Shown piece after piece: positions 8,424 through 16,299 of a stretch of 64,000 nt of DNA. The position numbers were made by a program, and so were the translations under genes. The stretch comes from a virus: positions 54,806-118,805 of the IMG/VR virus record IMGVR_UViG_3300026522_000001, one strand, 5' to 3'. Each line of letters begins with the position of its first letter. Positions within the stretch are counted from its first letter, which is position 1. Below the pieces are notes generated by a model. It did no database searches. It was not told the DNA's origin and worked only from the letters and a program-made list of their open reading frames with translations.

Positions 8424-8502
8424 TGTCAGTATCCCTACATAAAAACATCAAATTATTATCTATGCGTAAAAATTATCTGTGTGAACTAAGAAAGGTGGTG
8501 TA

Positions 8503-8724
8503 GTGGCGATTCCTCCCACGGGCTTGCCCGTGGGTTTCCTCGCCACAGATATTATGACTTATCGTATTACATTCACAAACGGCGAAGTAAAAGAAGTAGA
8601 GAGCGTTACAGACATTGTTTTAGACAAGGACGGTATGTGTAAGGTTTCTGTTGAATGGACTGAATCGGCATATCTTATTTTTCCTAAGTCTAAGATTGAA
8701 CTAATTGAACTTATTGAAGCGTAA
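8503..8724 (+). CDS. hypothetical small protein (start uncertain: GTG 8503 or ATG 8548)
   Basis: ORF track. RBS AAAGGTGG lies before the GTG. The first 44 nt form a GC-rich hairpin. Confidence 0.45.
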   Translation: MAIPPTGLPVGFLATDIMTYRITFTNGEVKEVESVTDIVLDKDGMCKVSVEWTESAYLIFPKSKIELIELIEA

Positions 8725-8755
8725 ATAAACGAGAGGAAAGCAATTTCCTCTTTTT

Positions 8756-9232
8756 GTGCATATATATATGAAAACAAAAAAGACAAAAGAAATAGAAAAT
8801 TATTTATATCTGTTTTTACAGAGAAAAGGAACATTTTGTTGTCCAGAAGTAAAGATGGGTATGGGGAATACAGGTAAACATGGTATAGTAGACTATCTTA
8901 GTCTAACAACTAAAGGTATAGTTACCTGTTATGAAATAAAGGTAACTAAAGAAGATTTAGTTAATAGTAGTCATGGTCATAATTTTTATGGTAATTACAA
9001 TTTCTATGTTATTCCAATAGGATTGTATTCAAAAATTAAAGACTTTGTGCCAAAATATGTTGGTGTAATAGGCTTTGATATAGATGGTCATGCTAAATAC
9101 TTAAAAGAAGCAAAATTCCTTACTATAAGAAATCTTTCTAGTATTAAATTATACTTGATACGTTCTTTATATAGGGAATTTCAAAAAACGATGAATGATA
9201 AATTACATGTTGATAAAAATATAGAATTTTAG
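8756..9232 (+). CDS. PD-(D/E)XK nuclease, MmcB-like
   Basis: GIVDYLS...CYEIKVTKEDL gives a D...E-x-K pattern. The overall resemblance to the MmcB family is from memory. Confidence 0.45.
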   Translation: MHIYMKTKKTKEIENYLYLFLQRKGTFCCPEVKMGMGNTGKHGIVDYLSLTTKGIVTCYEIKVTKEDLVNSSHGHNFYGNYNFYVIPIGLYSKIKDFVPKYVGVIGFDIDGHAKYLKEAKFLTIRNLSSIKLYLIRSLYREFQKTMNDKLHVDKNIEF

Positions 9233-9244
9233 AGGTGTTATGTA

Positions 9245-9406
9245 TTGAAATCAATAAATGAAAAATACATGTACGCTAAACCAGTAAAAGTATTAGTTAA
9301 AAAATATAAAGTAGGTGGTGCTTATATCATAGAGTATGAAAATGGCAAAAAGGAAATAATTAGTGAAGAAGAACTATTTAGAAATTTTGAAACTAGATGG
9401 GAATAA
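9245..9406 (+). CDS. hypothetical small protein
   Basis: 53-aa ORF with a TTG start, 12 nt after AGAGGTG. Confidence 0.35.
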   Translation: MKSINEKYMYAKPVKVLVKKYKVGGAYIIEYENGKKEIISEEELFRNFETRWE

Positions 9407-9432
9407 TTTTATAATAAAGGAGAAAACTTATT

Positions 9433-9678
9433 ATGACTTGGCGCGGAGTACAAGGAAGAAAAAAGAAACTAGAAAAGCTATATAAAGAGTCTAATAGGCA
9501 TTATGGTGGGGCATATAAAGATAATGATGGAAGAATTAAACAATGTAGTTTTAGTAGAAATAGTGATATGCCAAAGTTCTATAAACGTAAAAGTAATAAG
9601 AAACTTAGACAAATGAAAGATGAAGAACTTCCTGATTCATACAAAAAAGCATATGACTATTGGTGGAATTTATATTGA
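9433..9678 (+). CDS. hypothetical basic protein
   Basis: ORF track. RBS AAAGGAGAA upstream. Confidence 0.55.
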   Translation: MTWRGVQGRKKKLEKLYKESNRHYGGAYKDNDGRIKQCSFSRNSDMPKFYKRKSNKKLRQMKDEELPDSYKKAYDYWWNLY

Positions 9679-9693
9679 GAAAAGGAGAACGCT

Positions 9694-9879
9694 TTGAATA
9701 AATATATAAAAAAGAAAAGAAAAGAAGTTATAGCTAACGAGAGGTATATAAAGTTTATCATCAAGCATCAAAATAAACTGCATAGAAGATATTATTCAAG
9801 TAATGTGCCTAAAAAATATAAAGTAGTTAATGTACTTAGAGCTAGAAAGCTGATGTATAAAAACACTTATAAGGATTGA
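9694..9879 (+). CDS. hypothetical basic protein
   Basis: ORF track. RBS AAAGGAGAA upstream. Confidence 0.5.
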   Translation: MNKYIKKKRKEVIANERYIKFIIKHQNKLHRRYYSSNVPKKYKVVNVLRARKLMYKNTYKD

Positions 9880-9904
9880 CAAATATAATTTTTTGTTATA
9901 TACT
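9876..9904 (+). promoter_or_regulatory. promoter of a candidate ~70-nt sRNA
   Basis: TTGACA aatataattttttgtta TATACT (17-nt spacer). Confidence 0.5.
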
Positions 9905-9910
9905 ATATAT

Positions 9911-9982
9911 AGTGGATTAAGTGGTGAATCTGAGGACGAACCACGAAGTCCTGCCTATCTACGGAGAAGCAGGGCTTTTTTT
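9911..9982 (+). ncRNA. candidate small RNA (promoter-to-terminator unit, no ORF)
   Basis: The predicted TSS is followed by hairpin gtggt..accac, then the terminator gtcctgc-N14-gcagggc-TTTTTTT (9948-9982). The next gene has its own promoter. Confidence 0.4.
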
Positions 9983-10056
9983 AGTGCAAAAAATTATTAA
10001 TGGCAATAAAAGCAGAGGAGGGGTGGACAAGTGGGGTAAAAAAATAAAAAAATGTA

Positions 10057-10085
10057 TTGACAAGTGGTCTGTGGTGTGGTATTAT
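10057..10085 (+). promoter_or_regulatory. sigma70-type promoter
   Basis: TTGACA agtggtctgtggtgtgg TATTAT. Confidence 0.55.
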
Positions 10086-10155
10086 AATAGTTGAAATAGG
10101 ACATGTTTGTGGTATGAATAAAATAAGCTAGTATAAATAAGAGGAGACATAAAAT

Positions 10156-10596
10156 ATGATTAAGTATTTTATTAATGAAGAAAAGAAAACAGTAGTTGCA
10201 AAGTTTGAAACCACTTCTGTACTTACAGATAAGGATGTATGGAAAAAATATATTGTTAATCATATTTTCAAGACAATCAGAAAAACAAAAAGTGGCATCG
10301 ATTTATACTTGGATGATAAAGATATTTATTATAAGTTTATTGAAGATGCTATTAAACAAAATGATTCATGCTATGGTATTGCAAAGTGTGCAGACACAGA
10401 TACATTTGATATTGAAAAAGGAAAAGAAATTGCTAAAAAGCGTTTGCTAAAGAAATATTATAATACACAAAAAAGAGCACTACTTAATATTATTCATGCT
10501 ATGAATAATGTTCAGCAGGTTCTTTTTAAGGATTATCATAAGTCTAAAAATAAGGCAGGAAAGGTTGCACAGGAAATTTACTGCTTTCAAAAATAA
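10156..10596 (+). CDS. hypothetical protein (paralog of 26862-27281)
   Basis: ORF track. It shares the N-terminus MIKY.xNxExKxVVAxF and the C-terminal IAKKRL pattern with the minus-strand ORF at 26862. Confidence 0.6.
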   Translation: MIKYFINEEKKTVVAKFETTSVLTDKDVWKKYIVNHIFKTIRKTKSGIDLYLDDKDIYYKFIEDAIKQNDSCYGIAKCADTDTFDIEKGKEIAKKRLLKKYYNTQKRALLNIIHAMNNVQQVLFKDYHKSKNKAGKVAQEIYCFQK

Positions 10597-10629
10597 TTAG
10601 TATGAAATTAGTGAAAAGGAGATATCTAT

Positions 10630-10962
10630 ATGGATAACATTGGTAATAAAACAGGTTTAGAAGAAAAGTATGAGATTGCATTAAATAAAATGTATTCTAC
10701 TATAGACAAAATTATTGAGATATTAGAAGAAGAAAAAGAAACACATGAAAACAATCTTTCGATTAGAGACTATGAAACTCTATATACATCTGCGACAAAT
10801 CTGAAAGAAGAAGTTGATGCTACTATGGGTGCAATATATGAGGTACTTTCACTATATAAAGGAGAATTGGTAGTAGAAAAACAAACAATGGAACTGGAAG
10901 AAAAATATTTCAATTTCATTAAAGAGTTGACTAAAAAGATTCCTGATTGGGTATTTATGTAA
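10630..10962 (+). CDS. hypothetical protein
   Basis: ORF track. RBS AAAGGAGA upstream. Confidence 0.55.
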   Translation: MDNIGNKTGLEEKYEIALNKMYSTIDKIIEILEEEKETHENNLSIRDYETLYTSATNLKEEVDATMGAIYEVLSLYKGELVVEKQTMELEEKYFNFIKELTKKIPDWVFM

Positions 10963-10985
10963 AGAAAATAGAAAATAAATAGTAG

Positions 10986-11014
10986 AAATGCCCCAAAATT
11001 TAGGGGCATTTTTA
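10986..11014 (+). terminator. intrinsic terminator
   Basis: aaatgcccc-aaaattta-ggggcattt followed by TTT. Confidence 0.6.
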
Positions 11015-11046
11015 GTAAAAAATAGGGAATGGCCCTAAAAATGCCA

Positions 11047-11075
11047 TTGACAGGGCGGGTAGTCTGTGTTATACT
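11047..11075 (+). promoter_or_regulatory. sigma70-type promoter
   Basis: TTGACA gggcgggtagtctgtgt TATACT. Confidence 0.55.
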
Positions 11076-11137
11076 AAAACCATAGGGGAACAAGAGAGAC
11101 AATGAATAGAGAGACATGAAAAAATGGAGGGCTAAAA

Positions 11138-11494
11138 ATGTTTATTGTGGTTATGCTTATTGTTATGCTTACACCATTTCTTGTGGGAGCATTTTTTGGA
11201 ATTTCATATTTATATGAATACACTATAAAGTTAGTATATGAGTGTGGCTACAATAAAAATAGAGAAAATAAAAGAAGTTTGAATATTAGTGATTATAAAG
11301 ATTATGCGGCTTTATCAGTAATAGCACTACTTGCATATCTTACTGTACTTCTTCACATTTCAACTTTATTTTGGAATACTCTTGTGGTAACTTTACCTAT
11401 GACAGTAACAGTATTTGCAGTATGGGCTGTTATAGACTATGCAGTATTCTATAAACTAGGACGCAAAAATGGGAATAAAGAGCTGGCTGTATAA
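11138..11494 (+). CDS. membrane protein
   Basis: ORF track. About three hydrophobic segments. RBS GGAGGG upstream. Confidence 0.6.
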   Translation: MFIVVMLIVMLTPFLVGAFFGISYLYEYTIKLVYECGYNKNRENKRSLNISDYKDYAALSVIALLAYLTVLLHISTLFWNTLVVTLPMTVTVFAVWAVIDYAVFYKLGRKNGNKELAV

Positions 11495-11567
11495 AACTAT
11501 TTTATGCTTATATCAGAAGCATATATGTTGTTAAAAGAGAACATGAAGTGGTAGAAGAAGGTAAATA

Positions 11568-11912
11568 ATGATTGAAGTAATCTGTATTTTTTGTTTAGGC
11601 ATTTGCATAGGTTCAATAGGAACAAATATTTATACCACAGAAAAAATAAGACAGTTTTGGCATGAAGCCGTTTTAGGAATGACAGACTTTGATATTAAGT
11701 GTATGAATTATGAATACTCACGAAGAAAATCAAAAGGGAATATCATGACCAATGGTGAGAAATATGCAGGAGAATCACATAACCATTATGTTTTTGAACG
11801 CATGTGCCCTAAATGCAATAGCACTGTGTGCGGACGCGAACCATCAGATTTTAGAGATTGTAGAATCAAAGATAAACATGATTATGAACAATGGCTAAAG
11901 AAGTATATTTAA
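11568..11912 (+). CDS. hypothetical protein with N-terminal TM segment and CxxC pair
   Basis: ORF track. Contains CPKCNSTVCG. Confidence 0.55.
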   Translation: MIEVICIFCLGICIGSIGTNIYTTEKIRQFWHEAVLGMTDFDIKCMNYEYSRRKSKGNIMTNGEKYAGESHNHYVFERMCPKCNSTVCGREPSDFRDCRIKDKHDYEQWLKKYI

Positions 11913-11913
11913 C

Positions 11914-12093
11914 ATGATTGAGGATAATATTGACAGTGTAAAAAATAGAATTAAAGACATCACACTAAAGATTAATTTCCATGAAAATAGAATTTCAATG
12001 CATCGCTCAGCAATTAAAAAGTTACGAAATGAAAGAGCTATTTTGATGAAGGTGAAGAAAGGGCTAGAAGAAGATGGTAAAGAAATCAAATAA
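11914..12093 (+). CDS. hypothetical coiled-coil small protein
   Basis: 59-aa ORF below the track cutoff, starting 2 nt after the upstream stop. Confidence 0.35.
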   Translation: MIEDNIDSVKNRIKDITLKINFHENRISMHRSAIKKLRNERAILMKVKKGLEEDGKEIK

Positions 12094-12331
12094 AAAAGAT
12101 TTATCATGGCATGAAAAGCTAAAGTATATTTGGTGTGTTTTTAGATATTCAAAACATATGGCAAATTGGGTTGTGATGGATTGTGAGTATTGTCATCATT
12201 ATGAATTGGAAAGAACTGGGAATCCGATAATAAGCGATGTCAATGGACAAAAAGAGTTCCAGCAAAAATATAGATGCTTACATTGTGGTGCTATTGGAAT
12301 AGTTACGCAAATATGGGTTAAGGAGCATTGA
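12074..12331 (+). CDS. zinc-ribbon small protein
   Basis: ORF track. Contains CEYCHH ... CLHCG. Confidence 0.5.
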   Translation: MVKKSNKKDLSWHEKLKYIWCVFRYSKHMANWVVMDCEYCHHYELERTGNPIISDVNGQKEFQQKYRCLHCGAIGIVTQIWVKEH

Positions 12332-12520
12332 GTATGTCAGAAAATACAATGATATTCTTTGATACGTGGGAAGAATTTGAAAAACAATATGGATTTCATG
12401 ATAGTAAACAGGTATATATGTTTGGCAATACTATGCTTACACCAAGTTTTAGAATACAGTAATGGTTAGACTATATAGAAGATATGAGATATAAGAGACA
12501 GTTTAGGAGCAGGAAGAATA

Positions 12521-12715
12521 ATGAAAATCGGTGCTAAAGCAAGAGTAATTGCTCAACAGTCAGTATATTCAGAAGAGAATGTTAGTCTTATCAGAGAAGA
12601 AGATAATGAATACATATTTACTAATGAAAAACATAAATGTGGTACATTGATAGTTAATAAAAATTTAGCACATGATTTTATTGTGTGGGAGTGTAGTTCA
12701 GATGGCAAAGAATAA
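12521..12715 (+). CDS. hypothetical small protein
   Basis: ORF track. RBS AGGAGCAGGAAG upstream. Confidence 0.5.
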   Translation: MKIGAKARVIAQQSVYSEENVSLIREEDNEYIFTNEKHKCGTLIVNKNLAHDFIVWECSSDGKE

Positions 12716-13094
12716 AGCAGAGCAATATTGCAAATTACCAATTCCAATTACGGCATATCAGACAGATAAAGAGTTTGATATTGAAACGCTTGAAGGAACA
12801 CATCATGCAAGCATTGGTGATTGAATAATTACAGGAGTAAAAGGTGAGCAATATCCATGTAAGCCAGATATTTTCGCGAAGACATATATTAAATGTGGTC
12901 AAGCGAATAAGATGGAACAGGTCGTGGCGATGTTTGGAAAAAAACTAAATGAAGAGTTTACTATTAAATATGAAGGTAGACGCTATAGGGCATACTTTAA
13001 GAAAAGTGGAATTAGAGTACGTGGTTTATATTATATGGATTGGAACAATGTTCTTGTTGGACTTCTTACCGGGGAATCGACAATTATTGACTGA
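12702..13094 (+). pseudogene. PGDYG-like ORF with an in-frame TGA at 12822-12824 (3' part = track ORF 12912-13094)
   Basis: The single frame reads MAKNKAEQY..THHASIGD*IITGVKGEQYPCKPDIFAKTY... The stop sits where homologues, as I recall them, have an aromatic residue (GD[W/Y]II). Confidence 0.4.
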
Positions 13095-13254
13095 ATTAGA
13101 TTGGCTTGACTAATAAAAATGAAGTGTAATAATGGAACTAGAAAATTTCCTGTATTTACATTGTGGTGAGCACAGAAAAATTACGCATTTATTATCAGTT
13201 TAGAAAAAGCCACTTGATAAAACAGAGGAGTAAAAACAGAAGGAGGTAATTAGT

Positions 13255-13488
13255 ATGAAACCACTATATATAGGAAACAATGTTTATATTGACAGCAATA
13301 CAATTTTATGTATTATGTCAGCATGGCATTCTGAAGCAAAGAAACTTATTGCACAAGCAAAGAAAGAAAATACTCTTTTGGATTTTACGTCAGGTAATGC
13401 AAGACAATCTGTCATTATTCTTAATACAGGTAGTATCATTATTTCAACAGTATTGCCAAATGATATTGCTGATAATATAGAAAGCTGA
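13255..13488 (+). CDS. DUF370 / RemA-like DNA-binding protein
   Basis: LYIGNNVYIDSNTILCI..AKKLIAQAKKENTLLDFTSGNARQSVIILNTG follows the RemA pattern (NIGfGN..a.rI.AI...P.KR....A...g.liD.T.Gr..r.vi..ds). Confidence 0.5.
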   Translation: MKPLYIGNNVYIDSNTILCIMSAWHSEAKKLIAQAKKENTLLDFTSGNARQSVIILNTGSIIISTVLPNDIADNIES

Positions 13489-13560
13489 AATATAACATAG
13501 CAAGTAAACTATATAATTATACATCCAAATCGGCAGAGAATAAAAAAGATAAAAAGAGAA

Positions 13561-13595
13561 AGCCCTCAAGCAGAAAAGCCTTGAGGGTGTTTTTT
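13561..13595 (+). terminator. intrinsic terminator ending the plus-strand block
   Basis: ccctcaag-N9-cttgaggg followed by TGTTTTTT. Confidence 0.65.
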
Positions 13596-13823
13596 ATATA
13601 AAGCTATATAGCTTGTGGCAAAGAAAAAGAAAAGAAATGGTGGTGTATATACATATTACAAATCAAAATCTATCAAAAAATTTTATAGCTAAAAAGAATA
13701 CATAGATATAATAAAAAGAGGGGTATACTTAATAGGCAATGCTAATAAGTTAAGCAAAAACAGTTTCAAAGCAAAAGTACCCAATTCTCAATCAAAGAGA
13801 AAATAGTTTCCGATTTTCATTTG

Positions 13824-14708
13824 TTATCCTCTTTTTCTTATTAAAATTCTGGCGTATTTAGATTTACCATTGATAGCAACACGACCACCGACTAAAAATT
13901 CTTTTGGTACAGTGTATCTGTCAAGACCAACTATTTCAAATTGTTCTGGATTATATTTATCAAGAAATGTAATCGGCACACCCATTACACCATTATAATC
14001 AATAGGTATATCAGCAACGTGTCCTACTTCAATACCATCATAACCATCATATTTAGGGTATTCTTCTGTCGTATAATGTTTCCATAAAATCAGCTTTTCA
14101 TGCCGCTTTGCAACATCCAAATTTGTGAACCAACCAACATTGCCAAACTTCTTAATACTACCACCAGGCTGTAAAAACTCTTTTACATTCGTATAGCCAA
14201 GCCATACTTTGTTATCCTTTAGTAACGGAAAGAACTCTTTGTATGTGATTGCGTTTTTATTCCCGATAATCAGAAACTTCTTCTCATGCTCCATCAGAAC
14301 AGCCACATACTCACGAAACAGGCTGAAAGGCGGGTTCGTTACAACAATATCTGCCTCGTCCAAAATGTCAAGACATTCCTGATTACGGAAGTCACCATTA
14401 CCCTCTAACGTGGTCTTTACACCGACCTCAATATCATTGTCATTGCCACCTGTGTATTCCATCTTATAGGTAGGTTGAGTTTTATCATAATGAGTGGAAA
14501 TTAGCTTCTTGAGACCAAGAGCTGAGAAGTTCAGAAGGAAATATTTCCAAAATGCTGACAAAGTGGGGTCATCACAATTACAGAGTATGGTCTTATCCTT
14601 AAAATGCTGCTTATAATGCATCAGCTCCTTTGATACATCTGTGAGCTGAGTATAGAACTCATCATTCTTCGCATCTTTTGCTTTATGAAGATTTGCATTT
14701 GTTGACAT
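13824..14708 (-). CDS. N6-adenine DNA methyltransferase (EcoRI-methylase-like family)
   Basis: DEFYTQ near the N-terminus, CNCDDP, and the catalytic VTNPPFSLFREY (NPPF). Confidence 0.7.
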   Translation of the reverse strand: MSTNANLHKAKDAKNDEFYTQLTDVSKELMHYKQHFKDKTILCNCDDPTLSAFWKYFLLNFSALGLKKLISTHYDKTQPTYKMEYTGGNDNDIEVGVKTTLEGNGDFRNQECLDILDEADIVVTNPPFSLFREYVAVLMEHEKKFLIIGNKNAITYKEFFPLLKDNKVWLGYTNVKEFLQPGGSIKKFGNVGWFTNLDVAKRHEKLILWKHYTTEEYPKYDGYDGIEVGHVADIPIDYNGVMGVPITFLDKYNPEQFEIVGLDRYTVPKEFLVGGRVAINGKSKYARILIRKRG

Positions 14709-15371
14709 ATATACTATTACGTCCTTTCTTATAAAGTAACGGTATAGTGGTACTCCGAGAGTAAAGAAATATGCCTATCTTCTGACAAGCAAATCAGTAC
14801 CACTATAGTATCCCTATCCATTAGTAATTATACTACTATAAAGTTGTAAATGCAACTTTTTATATACTATAAAAGAACTGGTTATGTTTCGGCAATAAGA
14901 GAAAGAAAGAGAACATTTATATTACTAAAAATCCGGTAGTAAAAGAAAAGAAGAAAAGCGTATGTATAAATTATACTATATAGAGAGTATAGAAAGAAAG
15001 AGAGAGAGAAACAAACTATATATAAGAATACTATATAAACACTCTATAAAATTAAATAGAAAGTTTTAGGTTTTTATTATGTGATGTTATAAAATTTAGA
15101 ATATAGAATAGAGCAATGTGTATATACAGAACCAAATAGAAAATCTCAAAAAATTTTTCATCATGGGTTGTACAGCTGGCCCAATCTCAAAACTTGAATC
15201 CACGGGGCCTATATTCACTTTTAATATTTCAATAATATTTTTATAATTTTATAATATTTAATTTTTATATAATATTTTTATAATACATAGTAACATGATA
15301 GGCTATCAATAAGATAGGTTATAAAATTGATAGGCTATAAAACATAGTGAAAAGATATGTAATAAAGAGAA

Positions 15372-15408
15372 GAAAAAAAAGAGGAAGAATTTTTTTTCTT
15401 CCTCTTTG
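15372..15408 (-). terminator. intrinsic (bidirectional) terminator
   Basis: aagaggaagaa-tttttt-ttcttcctctt flanked by an A-run and a T-run. Confidence 0.65.
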
Positions 15409-15414
15409 AGATAT

Positions 15415-15681
15415 TTACTCACAGTAAACTTTTTTGTAATGCTCTTGTAACTCCCTGAAATATTCGAGAGTTTCTTTCACGGAATCGGCATAAGATTCCG
15501 ATTCAGTGGTATTTTCTGCCATGCCAGTGCCAAGCGTCTGCTCTGCCCAAATATGGAATACTTTTTTATACGGATTCCATGCATACGCGATGTTTCCTCT
15601 CCAAAAATGGGACGGTCTATCCCATGCATCATAGGCACAGCCAGCGCTAAAATGTATTGGACGAAACTTATGTTCATTCAT
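15415..15681 (-). CDS. hypothetical protein in GC-rich island
   Basis: ORF track. Trp/aromatic-rich. 4-nt overlap with the upstream gene. Confidence 0.6.
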   Translation of the reverse strand: MNEHKFRPIHFSAGCAYDAWDRPSHFWRGNIAYAWNPYKKVFHIWAEQTLGTGMAENTTESESYADSVKETLEYFRELQEHYKKVYCE

Positions 15682-16154
15682 TCTTTCTTCTCTCCCTTCT
15701 GGGCTTTGACGGCCTTGCTAGCGGCCTTGCTAGTGGCCTTCTTGACTGTTGTCTTGCTAGTGACTTTCGCCGCCTGCACGACAGGCTTATTAGATGGCGC
15801 GCTAGGGGCTTTTGCGGGCTTGTCCTCCGCTGTCTTGTCACGCCTATGGGACTTATACGGCGTGACTTCTTCCCACGCCTGCCCTACAGACTTGAAGAAG
15901 TTCGTACTCTTGAGAAGTTCGTCAAGCGCCTGCGCGAATGACATGCCATTCGCCGTGCCGTAGCGACGAATGACGGTGCTTGCCCGCCCGCTAATTCTCA
16001 CAGGCACGCTTTCACCTGTCCAGCTTTTTGCTTTTGCTTTGAGAACGGCCGCCTTCTTAGCCTCCTCTTTTGCGTTCTCTTTGCAGGCCGGGCAGATGAC
16101 TTCTCTACCCGTCGCAACGAACTCGTGACCGCACTTAACACAATACTTTTTCAT
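15678..16154 (-). CDS. zinc-ribbon protein with Lys/Ala-rich histone-H1-like tail
   Basis: CVKCGHEF..CPAC at the N-terminus. C-terminus is KPAKAPSAPSNKPVVQAAKVTSKTTVKKATSKAASKAVKAQKGEKKE. Local GC is far above the surroundings. RBS AAAGGAG upstream. Confidence 0.65.
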   Translation of the reverse strand: MKKYCVKCGHEFVATGREVICPACKENAKEEAKKAAVLKAKAKSWTGESVPVRISGRASTVIRRYGTANGMSFAQALDELLKSTNFFKSVGQAWEEVTPYKSHRRDKTAEDKPAKAPSAPSNKPVVQAAKVTSKTTVKKATSKAASKAVKAQKGEKKE

Positions 16155-16299
16155 GATAGAACTCCTTTCTGCCGTCTCTTGACGGCAACACCAATTAATT
16201 TTGTCTTGTTCCCTTGGAACAATTATATATTACTACGCCGCCACAAAAATTGCAATTATAAAAGCATTAAAAATAAAATTAGAGAAATCGCTGGTGTAG

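Noticed and set aside
14743-14807. 12-bp inverted repeat (tatagtggtact / agtaccactata) upstream of the methyltransferase as a regulatory hairpin
   Set aside because: The arms are short and 41 nt apart, with no further pairing or conservation evidence. It is noted but too weak to call.
15553-15963. Plus-strand ORFs 15553-15963 and 15657-15941, and minus-strand ORF 15477-15677
   Set aside because: They are antisense or alternate frames inside the GC-rich island. High GC keeps frames open. The minus-strand genes have RBSs and a 4-nt coupled overlap, and these do not.
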